Source: Microbacteriaceae bacterium (lineage in GTDB: Bacteria > Actinomycetota > Actinomycetes > Actinomycetales > Microbacteriaceae). Taken from it: a stretch of DNA of 34,880 bases. Positions 25,506 through 34,880 of the stretch are shown here, one piece after another. The stretch lies in NCBI GenBank assembly GCA_044340895.1, contig JBIISS010000001.1, positions 1 to 34,880 of the forward strand, read 5' to 3'. How positions within the stretch are numbered: position 1 is the first letter of the stretch; each line of letters begins with the position of its first letter. The translations under genes were made by a program, and so were the position numbers. The notes beneath the pieces were generated by a model. The model saw only the letters and a list, made by a program, of their open reading frames with translations, was not told the DNA's origin and did no database searches.

Positions 25506-26528
25506 CTAGCTCTGTCGGCTGGGGCGAAGTTCTTTCGGCAACGAGAAAATCAGGTCTTCTTCGGCCGTCTTCACCTCGACGATGTCGGTGTAACCGCCGG
25601 TGGCGAGAAGTGCGAGAAGCTCTTCGACCAATTCCTCGGGCACGGATGCGCCGCTCGTCACACCCACCGACGCAACGCCCTCGAACCACTCCGGCTGCAC
25701 CTCGTGCGCAAAGTCGATGCGGTGAGCGGCCTTGGCGCCATACTCGAGCGCAACTTCAACGAGGCGAACCGAGTTCGACGAGTTGGCCGAGCCAACGACG
25801 ATCACGAGGTCGGCATCCGGTGAGACCTTTTTGATGGCAACCTGACGGTTCTGCGTCGCGTAACAGATGTCGTCACTGGGCGGATTCTGCAACTTGGGGA
25901 ATCGCTCGCGCAAAATTGCGACGGTGTCCATTGTCTCGTCGACCGACAGGGTGGTTTGCGAAAGCCACACGACGTTGTCAGGGTTCTTTACCACAACACT
26001 GGCCGCACCGGCCGGGCCATCAACGAGCGTGACGCGACCGGGCGCCTCGCCCATCGTGCCTTCAACTTCTTCGTGTCCCTCGTGCCCGATGAACAAGATC
26101 TCAACGTTGTCGCGATCAAATCGCTGAACCTCGCGGTGCACCTTTGTCACGAGTGGGCAGGTGGCGTCGATGGTCTGCAAATCTCGGTCACTCGCGGCCT
26201 GAATAACGGCCGGCGCTACGCCGTGGGCGCTGAAGACGACGAGCGAACCGGTTGGTACCTCATCCACCTCGTCCACAAAAATCGCGCCACGCTCTTCAAG
26301 CTCAGAAACCACATGCACGTTGTGCACAATCTGCTTGCGAACGTAGACCGGGGCTCCGTAGTTCTCGAGAGCCTTCTCGACGGCGATCACCGCGCGGTCA
26401 ACACCCGCACAGTATCCGCGAGGGGCGGCGAGCAATACGCGCTTGGGCGCACCGACCTCGACGTTCGGGATGACCGGATTCGCCGGCCTCCGCTTGGGAA
26501 TACCTAACCCGACCGACGACTCATTCAC
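25506..26528 (-). CDS. ispH: 4-hydroxy-3-methylbut-2-enyl diphosphate reductase
   Basis: I prefer GTG 26528 (340 aa). Motifs [39 protein letters not shown] and [10 protein letters not shown]. The track ORF's extra 131 aa would run antisense through xseA. Confidence 0.9.
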   Translation of the reverse strand: MNESSVGLGIPKRRPANPVIPNVEVGAPKRVLLAAPRGYCAGVDRAVIAVEKALENYGAPVYVRKQIVHNVHVVSELEERGAIFVDEVDEVPTGSLVVFSAHGVAPAVIQAASDRDLQTIDATCPLVTKVHREVQRFDRDNVEILFIGHEGHEEVEGTMGEAPGRVTLVDGPAGAASVVVKNPDNVVWLSQTTLSVDETMDTVAILRERFPKLQNPPSDDICYATQNRQVAIKKVSPDADLVIVVGSANSSNSVRLVEVALEYGAKAAHRIDFAHEVQPEWFEGVASVGVTSGASVPEELVEELLALLATGGYTDIVEVKTAEEDLIFSLPKELRPSRQS

Positions 26529-26570
26529 AAGGTCAAGTCTACGGTCACCGGCACGCGCTAACCTCGTGCC

Positions 26571-27800
26571 ATGACGAATGCCTCGACTGCCGACGAGCCA
26601 TGGTCGATTGCGAAGGTCACGACCGACCTCAAGAACTACATCAGTCGACTGGGGTTGTTGTGGGTGACGGGTGAAATCCTCGAGTGGAACCCGCGCCAGA
26701 GCGGAATCTTCGGCAAGATCAAAGACCCCGAAGTCGAGGCATCGATGAGCATCACGGCGTGGAATTCGGTCAAAGACTCGTTGCCCGCCAACGTCAAGGC
26801 CGGCGACAAAGTCATCGCCCTCGTGCGCGTCGACTTCTGGCCAAAGAACGGCCAACTCAATCTGGTTGTTCACGAGATGCGTCACGCTGGGCTCGGCGAC
26901 ATTCTCGAAAAGCTGGAGCAACTCAAGCGCAAGCTTGCTGCTGAGGGTCTGTTCGATGCGTCACGAAAGTTGCCGTTGCCGTTCTTGCCACAGAACATCG
27001 GGCTCATCACTGGCAAAGACTCGGATGCCGAACGCGACGTCATCGAAAACGCTCAACGTCGCTGGCCTCAGGTGCGCTTCACCCCGATGTACACACCGGT
27101 GCAGGGCGACGCCGCGGCACCCGCGGTGATCGAAGCGCTCACGAAGCTCGACGCCGACCCCACGGTCGACGTCATCATCATCGCTCGCGGCGGTGGCGAC
27201 TTTCAGAACTTGTTGCCCTTCAGTGACGAGGCACTCGTGCGGGCGGTCGCGGCGGCGACCACCCCGGTCGTGAGTGCGATTGGGCACGAGCCCGATTCAC
27301 CGATTCTCGACTTGGTCGCCGATCTGCGCGCATCCACCCCGACCGATGCCGCAAAGCGCGTGGTGCCCGACGTCAACGAGGAACTCGCGCTCATCTCTGA
27401 TCTGCGCAATCGGTCTTTTCAGACGGCGAGTAATTTCGTTCGACTCAATCTCGAGCGTCTCGAACAGGTGCGGTCACGCCCCGTGCTGGTCAGTAGTGCG
27501 TGGATCTTCGAACTGCGCGAAGAAGAACTCGTGCGTAACGTGCAGCGCGGGTTTGAGCTGGCAAGTCGGGCAATCGATGCGGCCGCAATCGAAACGGCAT
27601 CTCTGCGCAATCACGTTCGCGCGCTATCGCCGAAGTCAACACTCGATCGGGGTTACGCGATTGCCGTCGGCCCTGATGGGAAAGCCGTTCGCACGGCGAG
27701 CGAAGCGCCCGCCGGCGCACGGCTGGTTGTGACTCTGGCTGAGGGGGCAATCGACGCCGTGAGCGAGGGTGCCCACAAATCAGGAAAGGTAGAATCGTAA
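26571..27800 (+). CDS. xseA: Exodeoxyribonuclease VII large subunit
   Basis: 409 aa. It has an N-terminal OB fold ([21 protein letters not shown]) followed by [32 protein letters not shown] and SAIGHEPD. Confidence 0.92.
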   Translation: MTNASTADEPWSIAKVTTDLKNYISRLGLLWVTGEILEWNPRQSGIFGKIKDPEVEASMSITAWNSVKDSLPANVKAGDKVIALVRVDFWPKNGQLNLVVHEMRHAGLGDILEKLEQLKRKLAAEGLFDASRKLPLPFLPQNIGLITGKDSDAERDVIENAQRRWPQVRFTPMYTPVQGDAAAPAVIEALTKLDADPTVDVIIIARGGGDFQNLLPFSDEALVRAVAAATTPVVSAIGHEPDSPILDLVADLRASTPTDAAKRVVPDVNEELALISDLRNRSFQTASNFVRLNLERLEQVRSRPVLVSSAWIFELREEELVRNVQRGFELASRAIDAAAIETASLRNHVRALSPKSTLDRGYAIAVGPDGKAVRTASEAPAGARLVVTLAEGAIDAVSEGAHKSGKVES

Positions 27801-27802
27801 CT

Positions 27803-28006
27803 ATGGCTGAGGCGAAATCCCCCGCAGATCTCTCATACGAAGAGGCGCGCAACGAGCTCGTTGCTGTCGTGGCCGAACTCGAAAAGGGTCAGAGCACCCT
27901 GGAAGACACCCTGAAGCTCTGGGAGCGTGGCGAAGCGCTTGCTGCCCGCTGCGAAGAATGGCTTGCTGGCGCGAAAGAACGACTGAATGCCGCGCGCCAA
28001 GGCTAA
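27803..28006 (+). CDS. xseB: Exodeoxyribonuclease VII small subunit
   Basis: 67 aa with [37 protein letters not shown]. It starts 2 nt after xseA. Confidence 0.9.
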   Translation: MAEAKSPADLSYEEARNELVAVVAELEKGQSTLEDTLKLWERGEALAARCEEWLAGAKERLNAARQG

Positions 28007-28622
28007 GCGCGTCGTTGCCGAGTTAGGCCGACCCGAAACGCCCGAAGAAGAAGCTGCCCGACGGGCAGAGAATTCGCGTCTCTATCGACAGCGCAAGACA
28101 GTCAACAATCTCGTATACAGCCTGATTGTCACGCTCGGCGTCGTTGCCATCATCTACTTCGCAGTTCCCCGCACCGATGGCCCAGTCGCCTGGGAAGTTG
28201 ACTACGTGAGCGTCGGCGAACAGGCGCAAGAATCCCTGACACAGCAGATCGTGATTCCCGCACTGAGCGATGAGTGGAAGGCGAACGCCGCCGAAATCCG
28301 AACGGGATCCGACGGAATACAAACCTGGCGCATCGGATTTGTCACGCCGATGCAGGGCTACATCAGTTTCGAGCAGGCATTCGGGGCGAATCCGACCTGG
28401 ATTTCGAACCGAATGAACGGCACCACCGCGGTCGCCACCGTCAACATCGACGGCGTGACCTGGGATGTATTTGACAACGGCAACGAGGGCAACAACTCCT
28501 ACGCCCTCGCCACGACCCTGGCCGGCGTTACCTACTTGCTGCGTGGCGACGCGGGCGAAAGCGAATTCGCGCAACTCGCCTCCGCGGTGACCACCTCGAT
28601 CAACTCGCTGGCTTCTCAATGA
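27987..28622 (+). CDS. DUF4245 domain membrane-anchored protein
   Basis: 211 aa with a basic N-terminus, one TM segment ([17 protein letters not shown]) and an extracytoplasmic domain. It sits in the usual actinobacterial position after xseB and overlaps xseB by 20 nt. Confidence 0.65.
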   Translation: MPRAKAKRVVAELGRPETPEEEAARRAENSRLYRQRKTVNNLVYSLIVTLGVVAIIYFAVPRTDGPVAWEVDYVSVGEQAQESLTQQIVIPALSDEWKANAAEIRTGSDGIQTWRIGFVTPMQGYISFEQAFGANPTWISNRMNGTTAVATVNIDGVTWDVFDNGNEGNNSYALATTLAGVTYLLRGDAGESEFAQLASAVTTSINSLASQ

Positions 28623-29272
28623 CGCGAGTGACCCCCGCCAAGGCTTGGGCCGACATGATGGCGGGTAACCATCGGTTCGTGGCCGGCGAGCCAGCGCATC
28701 CACGCCAGGATGTCGAACGACGCAACGACCTCGTCGCGGCACAAAACCCCGGTGCCGCGCTCTTTGGTTGCAGCGACAGCCGACTCTCCGCCGAAATCAT
28801 CTTCGACAAGGGCCTCGGCGACCTTTTCGTTGTGCGGAACGCCGGACAAATCATCTCCGACTCGGTTGTCGCCTCGCTGGAATACGCCGTGGCGATGCTC
28901 AACGTGCCCCTCATTGTTGTGCTCGGGCATGACCACTGTGGCGCGGTGAACGGCGCAATCAAGATGTTGGGTCCGGATGCGACTCCCCTTCCCCCGCACA
29001 TCGGCAATTTGGTGGCGAGGATCGCCCCCGCAATCCGGAGAGTGGCCGGGGCTGCCGGGCAGTTTTCTCCCGATGGAACAGTAAACCCCGCAGACGTTGA
29101 TGCCCTAGCCGTTGGCCGGGAGCATCTGCGTGACACGATCGCTGAAATGCTCGAGTCGAGCGAGCTCATCTCTGCCGCCATCGCAGACGGTAATCTTGCG
29201 ATTGTTGGCGCCAACTATCGACTCGACCAGGGTGTCGTGTCACCCGACGTTGTCGTGGGCGTCATCGAGTAA
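28619..29272 (+). CDS. Beta-class carbonic anhydrase
   Basis: 217 aa. Zinc ligands are in FGCSDSRL and LGHDHCGAV. The start overlaps the upstream stop (ATGA). Confidence 0.88.
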   Translation: MTRVTPAKAWADMMAGNHRFVAGEPAHPRQDVERRNDLVAAQNPGAALFGCSDSRLSAEIIFDKGLGDLFVVRNAGQIISDSVVASLEYAVAMLNVPLIVVLGHDHCGAVNGAIKMLGPDATPLPPHIGNLVARIAPAIRRVAGAAGQFSPDGTVNPADVDALAVGREHLRDTIAEMLESSELISAAIADGNLAIVGANYRLDQGVVSPDVVVGVIE

Positions 29273-29331
29273 ATCTCCCACCGCCGCCACTCATTTGCTT
29301 CGTGCATCCGTCAAGGAAAGGTCGCTCCAAC

Positions 29332-30738
29332 ATGACGTCGAACGATGAGTTCCGCATCGAGCACGACACAATGGGCGACGTGCGCGTGCCCAAGCATGCG
29401 CTCTACGCTGCCCAGACTCAGCGCGCCGTCGAGAATTTTCCCATCTCGGGCACCGCACTCGAGTCGGCACACATTGCCGCACTGGCTCAAATCAAAAAGT
29501 CGGCTGCCCTGGCAAACGCTCAGCTCGGCGTGCTCGACGCTGACATCGCCAAGGCCATCGCCGCCGCGGCCGACGACGTGATTTCGGGCAAGTACGACGC
29601 GGAGTTTCCGGTCGACGTGTACCAGACGGGTTCGGGCACGAGCTCGAACATGAACATGAACGAGGTGCTCGCCTCACTGGCAAGCCGTTCTCTCGGATCC
29701 ACGGTGCACCCGAACGACCACGTGAATTGTTCGCAATCATCGAATGATGTATTCCCCACCTCGGTGCACGTTGCGGTCACGGGTGCACTCATCACGAAGC
29801 TGATTCCGGCACTCGAGCACCTTGCGACTGCTCTCGAAGACAAAGCCAGGCTCTGGGCCACGGCCGTCAAGGCTGGGCGCACACACTTGATGGATGCAAC
29901 GCCCGTCACGCTCGGTCAAGAGTTCGGCGGATACGCCGCTCAGGTGCGCTACGGAATCGAGCGCATTCGCGCGGCACTGCCACGGGTGGCCGAGGTGCCC
30001 CTGGGCGGAACGGCCGTTGGCACGGGCATCAACACCCCCGCTGGCTTTGCACAGAAAGTGATCACGCTGCTCGCGGCTGAAACCGGGCTGCCCGTCACTG
30101 AGGCTCGCGACCACTTCGAGGCACAGGCAAACCGAGACGCCCTCGTCGAGGCATCCGGCGCGCTGCGCACCATCGCCGTGTCGTTGACCAAGATTTGCAA
30201 CGACCTGAGGTGGATGGGCTCCGGCCCCAATACCGGACTCGGTGAGTTGCACATCCCCGACCTTCAACCCGGCTCGTCGATCATGCCCGGCAAGGTGAAT
30301 CCGGTCATTCCCGAGGCCGTGCTCATGGTCTGTGCGAAGGTCATCGGCAACGATGCCACCGTCGCGTGGGCGGGGGCATCTGGTCTCTTCGAATTGAACG
30401 TGGCGATACCGGTGATGGCCAATGCAATCCTCGAGTCAATTCGTTTGCTGGCGAATTCAGCGACCGTGTTGGCCGACAAGACTATCGTCGGGCTCGAGGC
30501 TAACCTCGACCGCGCACGCGCCCAGGCCGAATCGAGCCCGGCCATTGTCACGCCACTCAACAAGTTCATCGGATACGAGGCCGCCGCCAAGATCGCGAAG
30601 CACTCGGTGGCAACCGGCAAGACGATTCGCGAATCCGTGATTGAACTCGGTTACGTGGATGGGGACAAACTGACCATGGATCAACTCGACAAGACGCTCG
30701 ACGTCATGTCGATGACGCATCCGTCGGGCGAGGCATGA
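29332..30738 (+). CDS. fumC: Class II fumarate hydratase
   Basis: I prefer ATG 29332 (AAGGAAAGG at 29313-29321). The sequence is [20 protein letters not shown], with the signature [11 protein letters not shown] and [14 protein letters not shown]. Confidence 0.93.
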   Translation: MTSNDEFRIEHDTMGDVRVPKHALYAAQTQRAVENFPISGTALESAHIAALAQIKKSAALANAQLGVLDADIAKAIAAAADDVISGKYDAEFPVDVYQTGSGTSSNMNMNEVLASLASRSLGSTVHPNDHVNCSQSSNDVFPTSVHVAVTGALITKLIPALEHLATALEDKARLWATAVKAGRTHLMDATPVTLGQEFGGYAAQVRYGIERIRAALPRVAEVPLGGTAVGTGINTPAGFAQKVITLLAAETGLPVTEARDHFEAQANRDALVEASGALRTIAVSLTKICNDLRWMGSGPNTGLGELHIPDLQPGSSIMPGKVNPVIPEAVLMVCAKVIGNDATVAWAGASGLFELNVAIPVMANAILESIRLLANSATVLADKTIVGLEANLDRARAQAESSPAIVTPLNKFIGYEAAAKIAKHSVATGKTIRESVIELGYVDGDKLTMDQLDKTLDVMSMTHPSGEA

Positions 30739-31379
30739 AATCTGTAAAGGACATCGTCACTGGTTTTCGACTCATTGGCGAAGAGAGCACCGATGACGAG
30801 GCTGTAGCCGAAGTCATCATGGTGTCGACGGTTGCTACACGGTTAGCCGTGACAAATCGTGCCGTCATCTCGATGCTCCGTGAGAAGGCGAGCCCCGACC
30901 TCGATTGGTATCGGGCCGAAGTGCGCACCGAGTTGGCTCAACTCGCCACTGAAAAAACCCAGGATGCCGATTGGCTGAAACACGAAATCAAGATTGCCGC
31001 CGGGCGCCCAGGGCGGGCGCGTGACTCACAAGATTTTCGATCGATCGACGTCAAGCCCCTCAAGCGTCGACGCAATGTTTTGCTCGCGGTCGTCGACGCT
31101 CTGGGTCGCCTCTCTAAAAATGACTCCTACGTCACACACGAAGCGATTCAATGCCGTGACCGCACACACGCCGAGGTGAAGGAGGCGATTCAGGTGATTG
31201 CCGAGCGTGGCGTGCATCCCGACCCGTATCTCAGTGACGACGAGCGAGAGAAGCGCATCGGCGATCTTGGTCGTGACCTCATGAGCGAGGTGTCGCAGCT
31301 GGCCAAGGCCACGAAGCAGGCAGCCAAAGACGCCGAGAGGGCCGAAAAGAAGGCATCGAAGACCCGTCAGAAAAAGTAG
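30735..31379 (+). CDS. Hypothetical protein (214 aa) with a possible N-terminal HTH and a Lys-rich tail
   Basis: The start overlaps the fumC stop (ATGA 30735-30738). It has an HTH-like stretch, [21 protein letters not shown], and a basic tail, [21 protein letters not shown]. Codon use looks atypical (AAA, TCT, GTA, TTT). I recognise no family. Confidence 0.5.
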   Translation: MKSVKDIVTGFRLIGEESTDDEAVAEVIMVSTVATRLAVTNRAVISMLREKASPDLDWYRAEVRTELAQLATEKTQDADWLKHEIKIAAGRPGRARDSQDFRSIDVKPLKRRRNVLLAVVDALGRLSKNDSYVTHEAIQCRDRTHAEVKEAIQVIAERGVHPDPYLSDDEREKRIGDLGRDLMSEVSQLAKATKQAAKDAERAEKKASKTRQKK

Positions 31380-31388
31380 GCGAGTGGG

Positions 31389-32753
31389 CTAGGCCAACTC
31401 GTTGACTTCGAGCAAGTCGGTCACCAGAGCCGCGATGGCCGAGCGCTCGGATCGCGTGAGTGTGACGTGACCAAACAGGGATTGACCCTTCAGGCTCTCG
31501 ATGACACTTGCGACCCCATCGTGACGACCCACGCGCAGGTTGTCACGCTGAGCCACGTCGTGCGTGAGCACAACGCGCGAGTTTTGTCCGATGCGGCTGA
31601 GCACCGTCAACAGCACGTTGCGCTCGAGCGACTGGGCCTCGTCGACGATCACGAATGAGTCGTGAAGCGAACGTCCACGGATGTGCGTCAGCGGGAGCAC
31701 TTCGAGCATCCCCCGTTCGACAACCTCATCGAGCACGTTGCCCGACACGAGCGCGCCGAGCGTGTCAAAGACGGCCTGACCCCACGGGTTCATCTTCTCG
31801 CCCTGGTCGCCGGGCAGATAGCCTAGCTCTTGCCCGCCCACGGCGTAGAGGGGGCGGAACACGACAATCTTCTTGTGCTTCTGGCGCTCGAGAACCATCT
31901 CGAGGCCGGCGCACAGCGCGAGAGCCGACTTGCCGGTACCGGCACGCCCGCCGAGCGAGACGATGCCGATGTCTTGGTTGAGCAGCAGGTCAATCGCCAG
32001 GCGCTGCTCCGCAGAGCGACCGTGCAGACCGAATACATCGCGGTCTCCGCGAACGAGTGTGAGTTCACCGTTGCCCGAAACACGAGCGAGAGCCGAACCA
32101 CGATCGGAGTGCACGACCAATCCCGTGTTGAGCGGAACATCCACAACTGCTCTCGTGCGAAGCTTTTCGTTCTCGTACAGATCGGCCATGTCGTCCGCAC
32201 CGAGAGTGATTTCTGCGACACCCGTCCAGCCCGAGTCGACAGCGAGTTCGGCGCGGTATTCCTCCGCCGAGAGTCCAATCGACGAGGCTTTGACCCGCAT
32301 GGGCAGGTCTTTCGAGACAACCGTTACCGCGAGTCCGTCATTCGCGAGGTTCATTGCCACGGCGAGGATGCGCGAGTCATTGTCGCCCAACTGCAAGCCC
32401 GACGGCAGCACAGCTTGATTCGAGTGGTTCAGCTCGACTCGAAGCGAACCGCCGTCACCGATCGGAATCGGAAAGTCGAGTCGTTCGTGCTTCACGCGCA
32501 GGTCGTCGAGGTGGCGAAGGGCCTGGCGCGCGAAGTAGCCAATCTCGGGATCGTGTCGTTTCTTTTCGAGCTCACTAATGACGACCACCGGAATGACAAC
32601 CGCGTGCTCGGCGAAACGAAAAATCGCCTGCGGGTCAGACAACAAAACCGAGGTATCTAACACGTAGGTACGCTCGGTCTGGCGGGTGGCGGATGAGTTC
32701 TGGCGGCCGGAGGACGAACGAGTCTTCGCGGCACTCTCGCGCGGAGTGGTCAT
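31389..32753 (-). CDS. phoH2: PIN-domain / PhoH-like ATPase fusion protein (PhoH2)
   Basis: 454 aa. The N-terminal PIN domain has [19 protein letters not shown]. The C-terminal PhoH domain has Walker [12 protein letters not shown], Walker B FVIVDEAQ and LTHDVAQRD. Confidence 0.9.
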   Translation of the reverse strand: MTTPRESAAKTRSSSGRQNSSATRQTERTYVLDTSVLLSDPQAIFRFAEHAVVIPVVVISELEKKRHDPEIGYFARQALRHLDDLRVKHERLDFPIPIGDGGSLRVELNHSNQAVLPSGLQLGDNDSRILAVAMNLANDGLAVTVVSKDLPMRVKASSIGLSAEEYRAELAVDSGWTGVAEITLGADDMADLYENEKLRTRAVVDVPLNTGLVVHSDRGSALARVSGNGELTLVRGDRDVFGLHGRSAEQRLAIDLLLNQDIGIVSLGGRAGTGKSALALCAGLEMVLERQKHKKIVVFRPLYAVGGQELGYLPGDQGEKMNPWGQAVFDTLGALVSGNVLDEVVERGMLEVLPLTHIRGRSLHDSFVIVDEAQSLERNVLLTVLSRIGQNSRVVLTHDVAQRDNLRVGRHDGVASVIESLKGQSLFGHVTLTRSERSAIAALVTDLLEVNELA

Positions 32754-32833
32754 GTCGCCAAACTACGACCGCGCCTCGCTCGTACCGGCAACGACACGCC
32801 CACATTTGCGCAACGTTAAGCGTCGATTCAGCC

Positions 32834-33616
32834 CTACCCGCCGTAGCGCCGCTCGCGCTGTGCGTAGTCACGCAACGCACGCAAAAAGTCGACCTCGCGC
32901 AGGTCGGGATACAGCGCCTCCACGAAGTAGAACTCGCTGTGCGCGCTTTGCCAGAGCATGAAGTCAGACAGGCGCTGTTCACCGGATGTGCGAATGACGA
33001 GGTCAGGGTCGGGCAAGCCACCGGTATACAGGTGATTGCTGATGAGCTCCGGCGTCAGTTTCTCGGCGAGGTCGTCGAGCTTGCCACCCTCAGATTGGTG
33101 CTCAGAAATGATGCTGCGCACCGCGTTTGTGATTTCAGCTCGCCCACCGTACCCGATGGCGAGGTTCACGTGGAGTCCGGAGTTCTTTGCTGTGCTCTTT
33201 TCGGCCGCCGTGATGCGCGTGAGCAAGCCCGCGGGCAAACCTTCATCTGTACCCACGTGCATGATTTTCCAATTCGGATACGTCGCAAGGCGTTCGGCCA
33301 GATCTCCGATGATGTCGAAGAGCTGGTCGAGTTCTTTCGACGGCCGACCCGAAATGTTGTCGGTCGAGAGCAAGTAGAGCGTGACCATGCCAATGCCGAG
33401 TTGGTCGCACCAGACAAGAAACTCAGGAACCTTGCGTGCACCCGCCCGGTGCCCATGTGCTTCGCTCTCCATCAACCGTTCGCGCGCCCAGCGTCGATTG
33501 CCGTCGACAATCATGCCGATGTGGTGGGGCAACACGTCGGGAGTCAAACCCCGACGTAGGCGCTTCTCGTACAGGCGATACAGCAGGCCTGGAGCGCGCA
33601 AGTCATCGGTCGTCAC
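32834..33616 (-). CDS. Z-isoprenyl diphosphate synthase (UppS family)
   Basis: 260 aa with a GTG start. Motifs HIGMIVDGNRRWARE, LSTDN, IRTSGEQRLSDFMLWQS and EFYF. It is paired divergently with hemolysin III, as the short-chain Z-FPP synthase is in mycobacteria. Confidence 0.88.
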   Translation of the reverse strand: MTTDDLRAPGLLYRLYEKRLRRGLTPDVLPHHIGMIVDGNRRWARERLMESEAHGHRAGARKVPEFLVWCDQLGIGMVTLYLLSTDNISGRPSKELDQLFDIIGDLAERLATYPNWKIMHVGTDEGLPAGLLTRITAAEKSTAKNSGLHVNLAIGYGGRAEITNAVRSIISEHQSEGGKLDDLAEKLTPELISNHLYTGGLPDPDLVIRTSGEQRLSDFMLWQSAHSEFYFVEALYPDLREVDFLRALRDYAQRERRYGG

Positions 33617-33676
33617 CGCACAAGGCTAGTGGACACCTCGGTTCACAGGGGCATGCGCACCTTGGCGCACTAGGGT

Positions 33677-34372
33677 TTGACCATGGACGCCTTGCCACTG
33701 CTTGATGCAACGGAAACACTTACCCCGAATGAACTGAAGCCAACCTGGCGCGGTTGGATTCACGCGGCAACCTTTCCCGTTGCGATTGCCGGTGGCGTCG
33801 TGCTGATTGTCTTGGCTGACGGAATGATTGCAAAGCTGGCAGCCGCAGTGTTCATGCTCACCTCGATGCTGCTCTTTGGCAACTCCGCTCTGTATCACCG
33901 GTTCAACTGGAAAGACCGAACGCGCATCATCCTGAAGCGCATCGACCACGCCAACATCTTCTTGCTGATCGCCGGCACGTACACGCCGCTCGCCCTGCTC
34001 GCCCTGCCGCAAGACAAGGGGCTTCTGTTGCTCGCCCTCGTGTGGGGTGGAACGATTCTCGGAATCGGTTTCCGTGTGTTCTGGATTAACGCCCCGCGCT
34101 GGCTCTACGTGATCTTGTATCTCGCGCTCGGCTGGGCCGCTGTGATGTATCTCGGCGACCTGCTGGCGGCGAACCTCGCCATGATGGTGCTTGTCGTGGT
34201 GGGCGGATTGCTCTACACGGTCGGCGCGATTGTCTACGGGCTCAAGAAGCCAAACCCGGTGCCCGGTGTTTTCGGCTTCCACGAGATTTTTCACACGGCG
34301 ACGGTACTGGCGTTCCTCTGCCACTGGACGGCAATCTTGCTCATCTGCCTGTCGCCGGTCTACAACGCCTAA
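33677..34372 (+). CDS. Hemolysin III / PAQR-family membrane protein
   Basis: 231 aa with 7 TM segments. Motifs RGWIHAATFP, NSALYHRFNW, RIDHANIFLLIAGTYTP and HEIFHTATVLA. Confidence 0.9.
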   Translation: MTMDALPLLDATETLTPNELKPTWRGWIHAATFPVAIAGGVVLIVLADGMIAKLAAAVFMLTSMLLFGNSALYHRFNWKDRTRIILKRIDHANIFLLIAGTYTPLALLALPQDKGLLLLALVWGGTILGIGFRVFWINAPRWLYVILYLALGWAAVMYLGDLLAANLAMMVLVVVGGLLYTVGAIVYGLKKPNPVPGVFGFHEIFHTATVLAFLCHWTAILLICLSPVYNA

Positions 34373-34390
34373 GCGCCGAGTCGTTCTGGG

Positions 34391-34609
34391 CTACTTCTTC
34401 TTGGAGCGTGAACCCGGCTTGGACGCACGAGCCGCAGCTTCTTCGGCATCGAGCATCGCCTCAACCTCAGCCCGAATCTTCTGACGACGGATGCGTCGCA
34501 CCATGTCGAACAGCAACAGAGTCGTGGCGACCGCAACCAAAACAATCGCGGCGAATCCGATCGGACCGGGTGTCACGAGTTCGGGATCGATTGTTTCTGC
34601 CAAGAGCAC
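34391..34609 (-). CDS. Small single-TM protein with a basic/acidic tail (72 aa), function unknown
   Basis: GTG start. It has one hydrophobic segment (GFAAIVLVAVATTLLLF) followed by RRIRRQKIRAEVEAMLDAEE..SKKK. The coding call rests only on ORF shape. Confidence 0.4.
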   Translation of the reverse strand: MLLAETIDPELVTPGPIGFAAIVLVAVATTLLLFDMVRRIRRQKIRAEVEAMLDAEEAAARASKPGSRSKKK

Positions 34610-34677
34610 GATGGCAACCCTTCAGTTGGTGCGGATTATCCTGTTACCAAGCGTAACTGTCTTTGAAGGAGTCGAAG

Positions 34678-34880
34678 GTGTCACAACCCCCCTCCCTCAA
34701 CGACCGCTATGGCCGGTCGAGGTCCACGGTTCGAGGCAACCGTCTGGCCATGTGGATGTTCGTCGCCTTCGTAATCGTCGCGCTCATCGCATGGCTTCTC
34801 TGGGCGAATCCGCTCAAGATCGGCCCGAGCGCAGAGGCCCGTGACATCGGTCACACGGTTGTCGACTCCGGAACCGTCGT
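34678..34880 (+). CDS. DUF4307 domain protein, N-terminal part (runs off the right edge)
   Basis: Not in the track because it is truncated. GTG 34678 has GGAG 8 nt upstream. My translation is VSQPPSLNDRYGRSRSTVRGNRLAMWMFVAFVIVALIAWLLWAN.., the RYGR plus single-TM pattern of DUF4307. Confidence 0.6.
   Translation, partial: MSQPPSLNDRYGRSRSTVRGNRLAMWMFVAFVIVALIAWLLWANPLKIGPSAEARDIGHTVVDSGTV

Noticed and set aside
32635-33021. Possible phoAT-like antitoxin ORF upstream of phoH2
   Set aside because: The only candidate overlaps phoH2 by 118 nt out of frame and lies mostly inside the prenyl transferase gene. It has no SD and an Arg/Cys-rich sequence, so it is not credible as a small antitoxin.

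Overview
This is a densely coding, high-GC actinobacterial chromosome segment that looks Micrococcales/Microbacteriaceae-like. Most of it is core metabolism. All calls come from reading the sequence and ORF translations by eye; no searches were run.

Gene order, left to right:
- gcvT (partial) behind a glycine riboswitch, then an APC-family permease.
- A five-gene NAD de novo operon: NrtR-type regulator, nadA, nadB, nadC and a cysteine desulfurase. Palindromes lie over its promoter, and an MMPL transporter follows closely.
- An LAxTG surface protein.
- A TetR regulator and a short SRPBCC-like protein, divergent from DUF427 plus a 4-gene Opu-type (betaine/choline-like) ABC importer.
- A lower-GC patch with a second LAxTG protein, a GT61/DUF563 glycosyltransferase and an LPxTG YVTN beta-propeller protein.
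- A backbone that, from memory, resembles the mycobacterial Rv1085c-Rv1112 region: ychF, two small membrane proteins, a CynX-like MFS transporter, glpX, fba, ispH, xseA, xseB, DUF4245, beta-carbonic anhydrase, fumC, an orphan ORF, PIN-PhoH2, a Z-prenyl transferase, hemolysin III, and the start of a DUF4307 gene.

I found no rRNA, tRNA, CRISPR array, transposase or integrase, and no complete novel multi-gene system such as a defence island.

The most unusual feature seen directly in the sequence is a 29-bp direct repeat (27/29 identical). It duplicates the last codons and stop of ychF, and the two copies bracket a ~2.4-kb insert carrying the GT61 and LPxTG propeller genes. This looks like an att-type scar, but no recombinase is present.

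Secondary observations:
- The second glycine-riboswitch aptamer looks eroded.
- A 17-bp tandem duplication of the ABC ATPase start creates a 6-codon uORF.
- Non-nested inverted repeats sit in front of the MFS gene.
- An atypical-composition orphan gene is translationally coupled to fumC.

Many long ORFs in the track are antisense or out-of-frame artefacts of the high GC content and were rejected.
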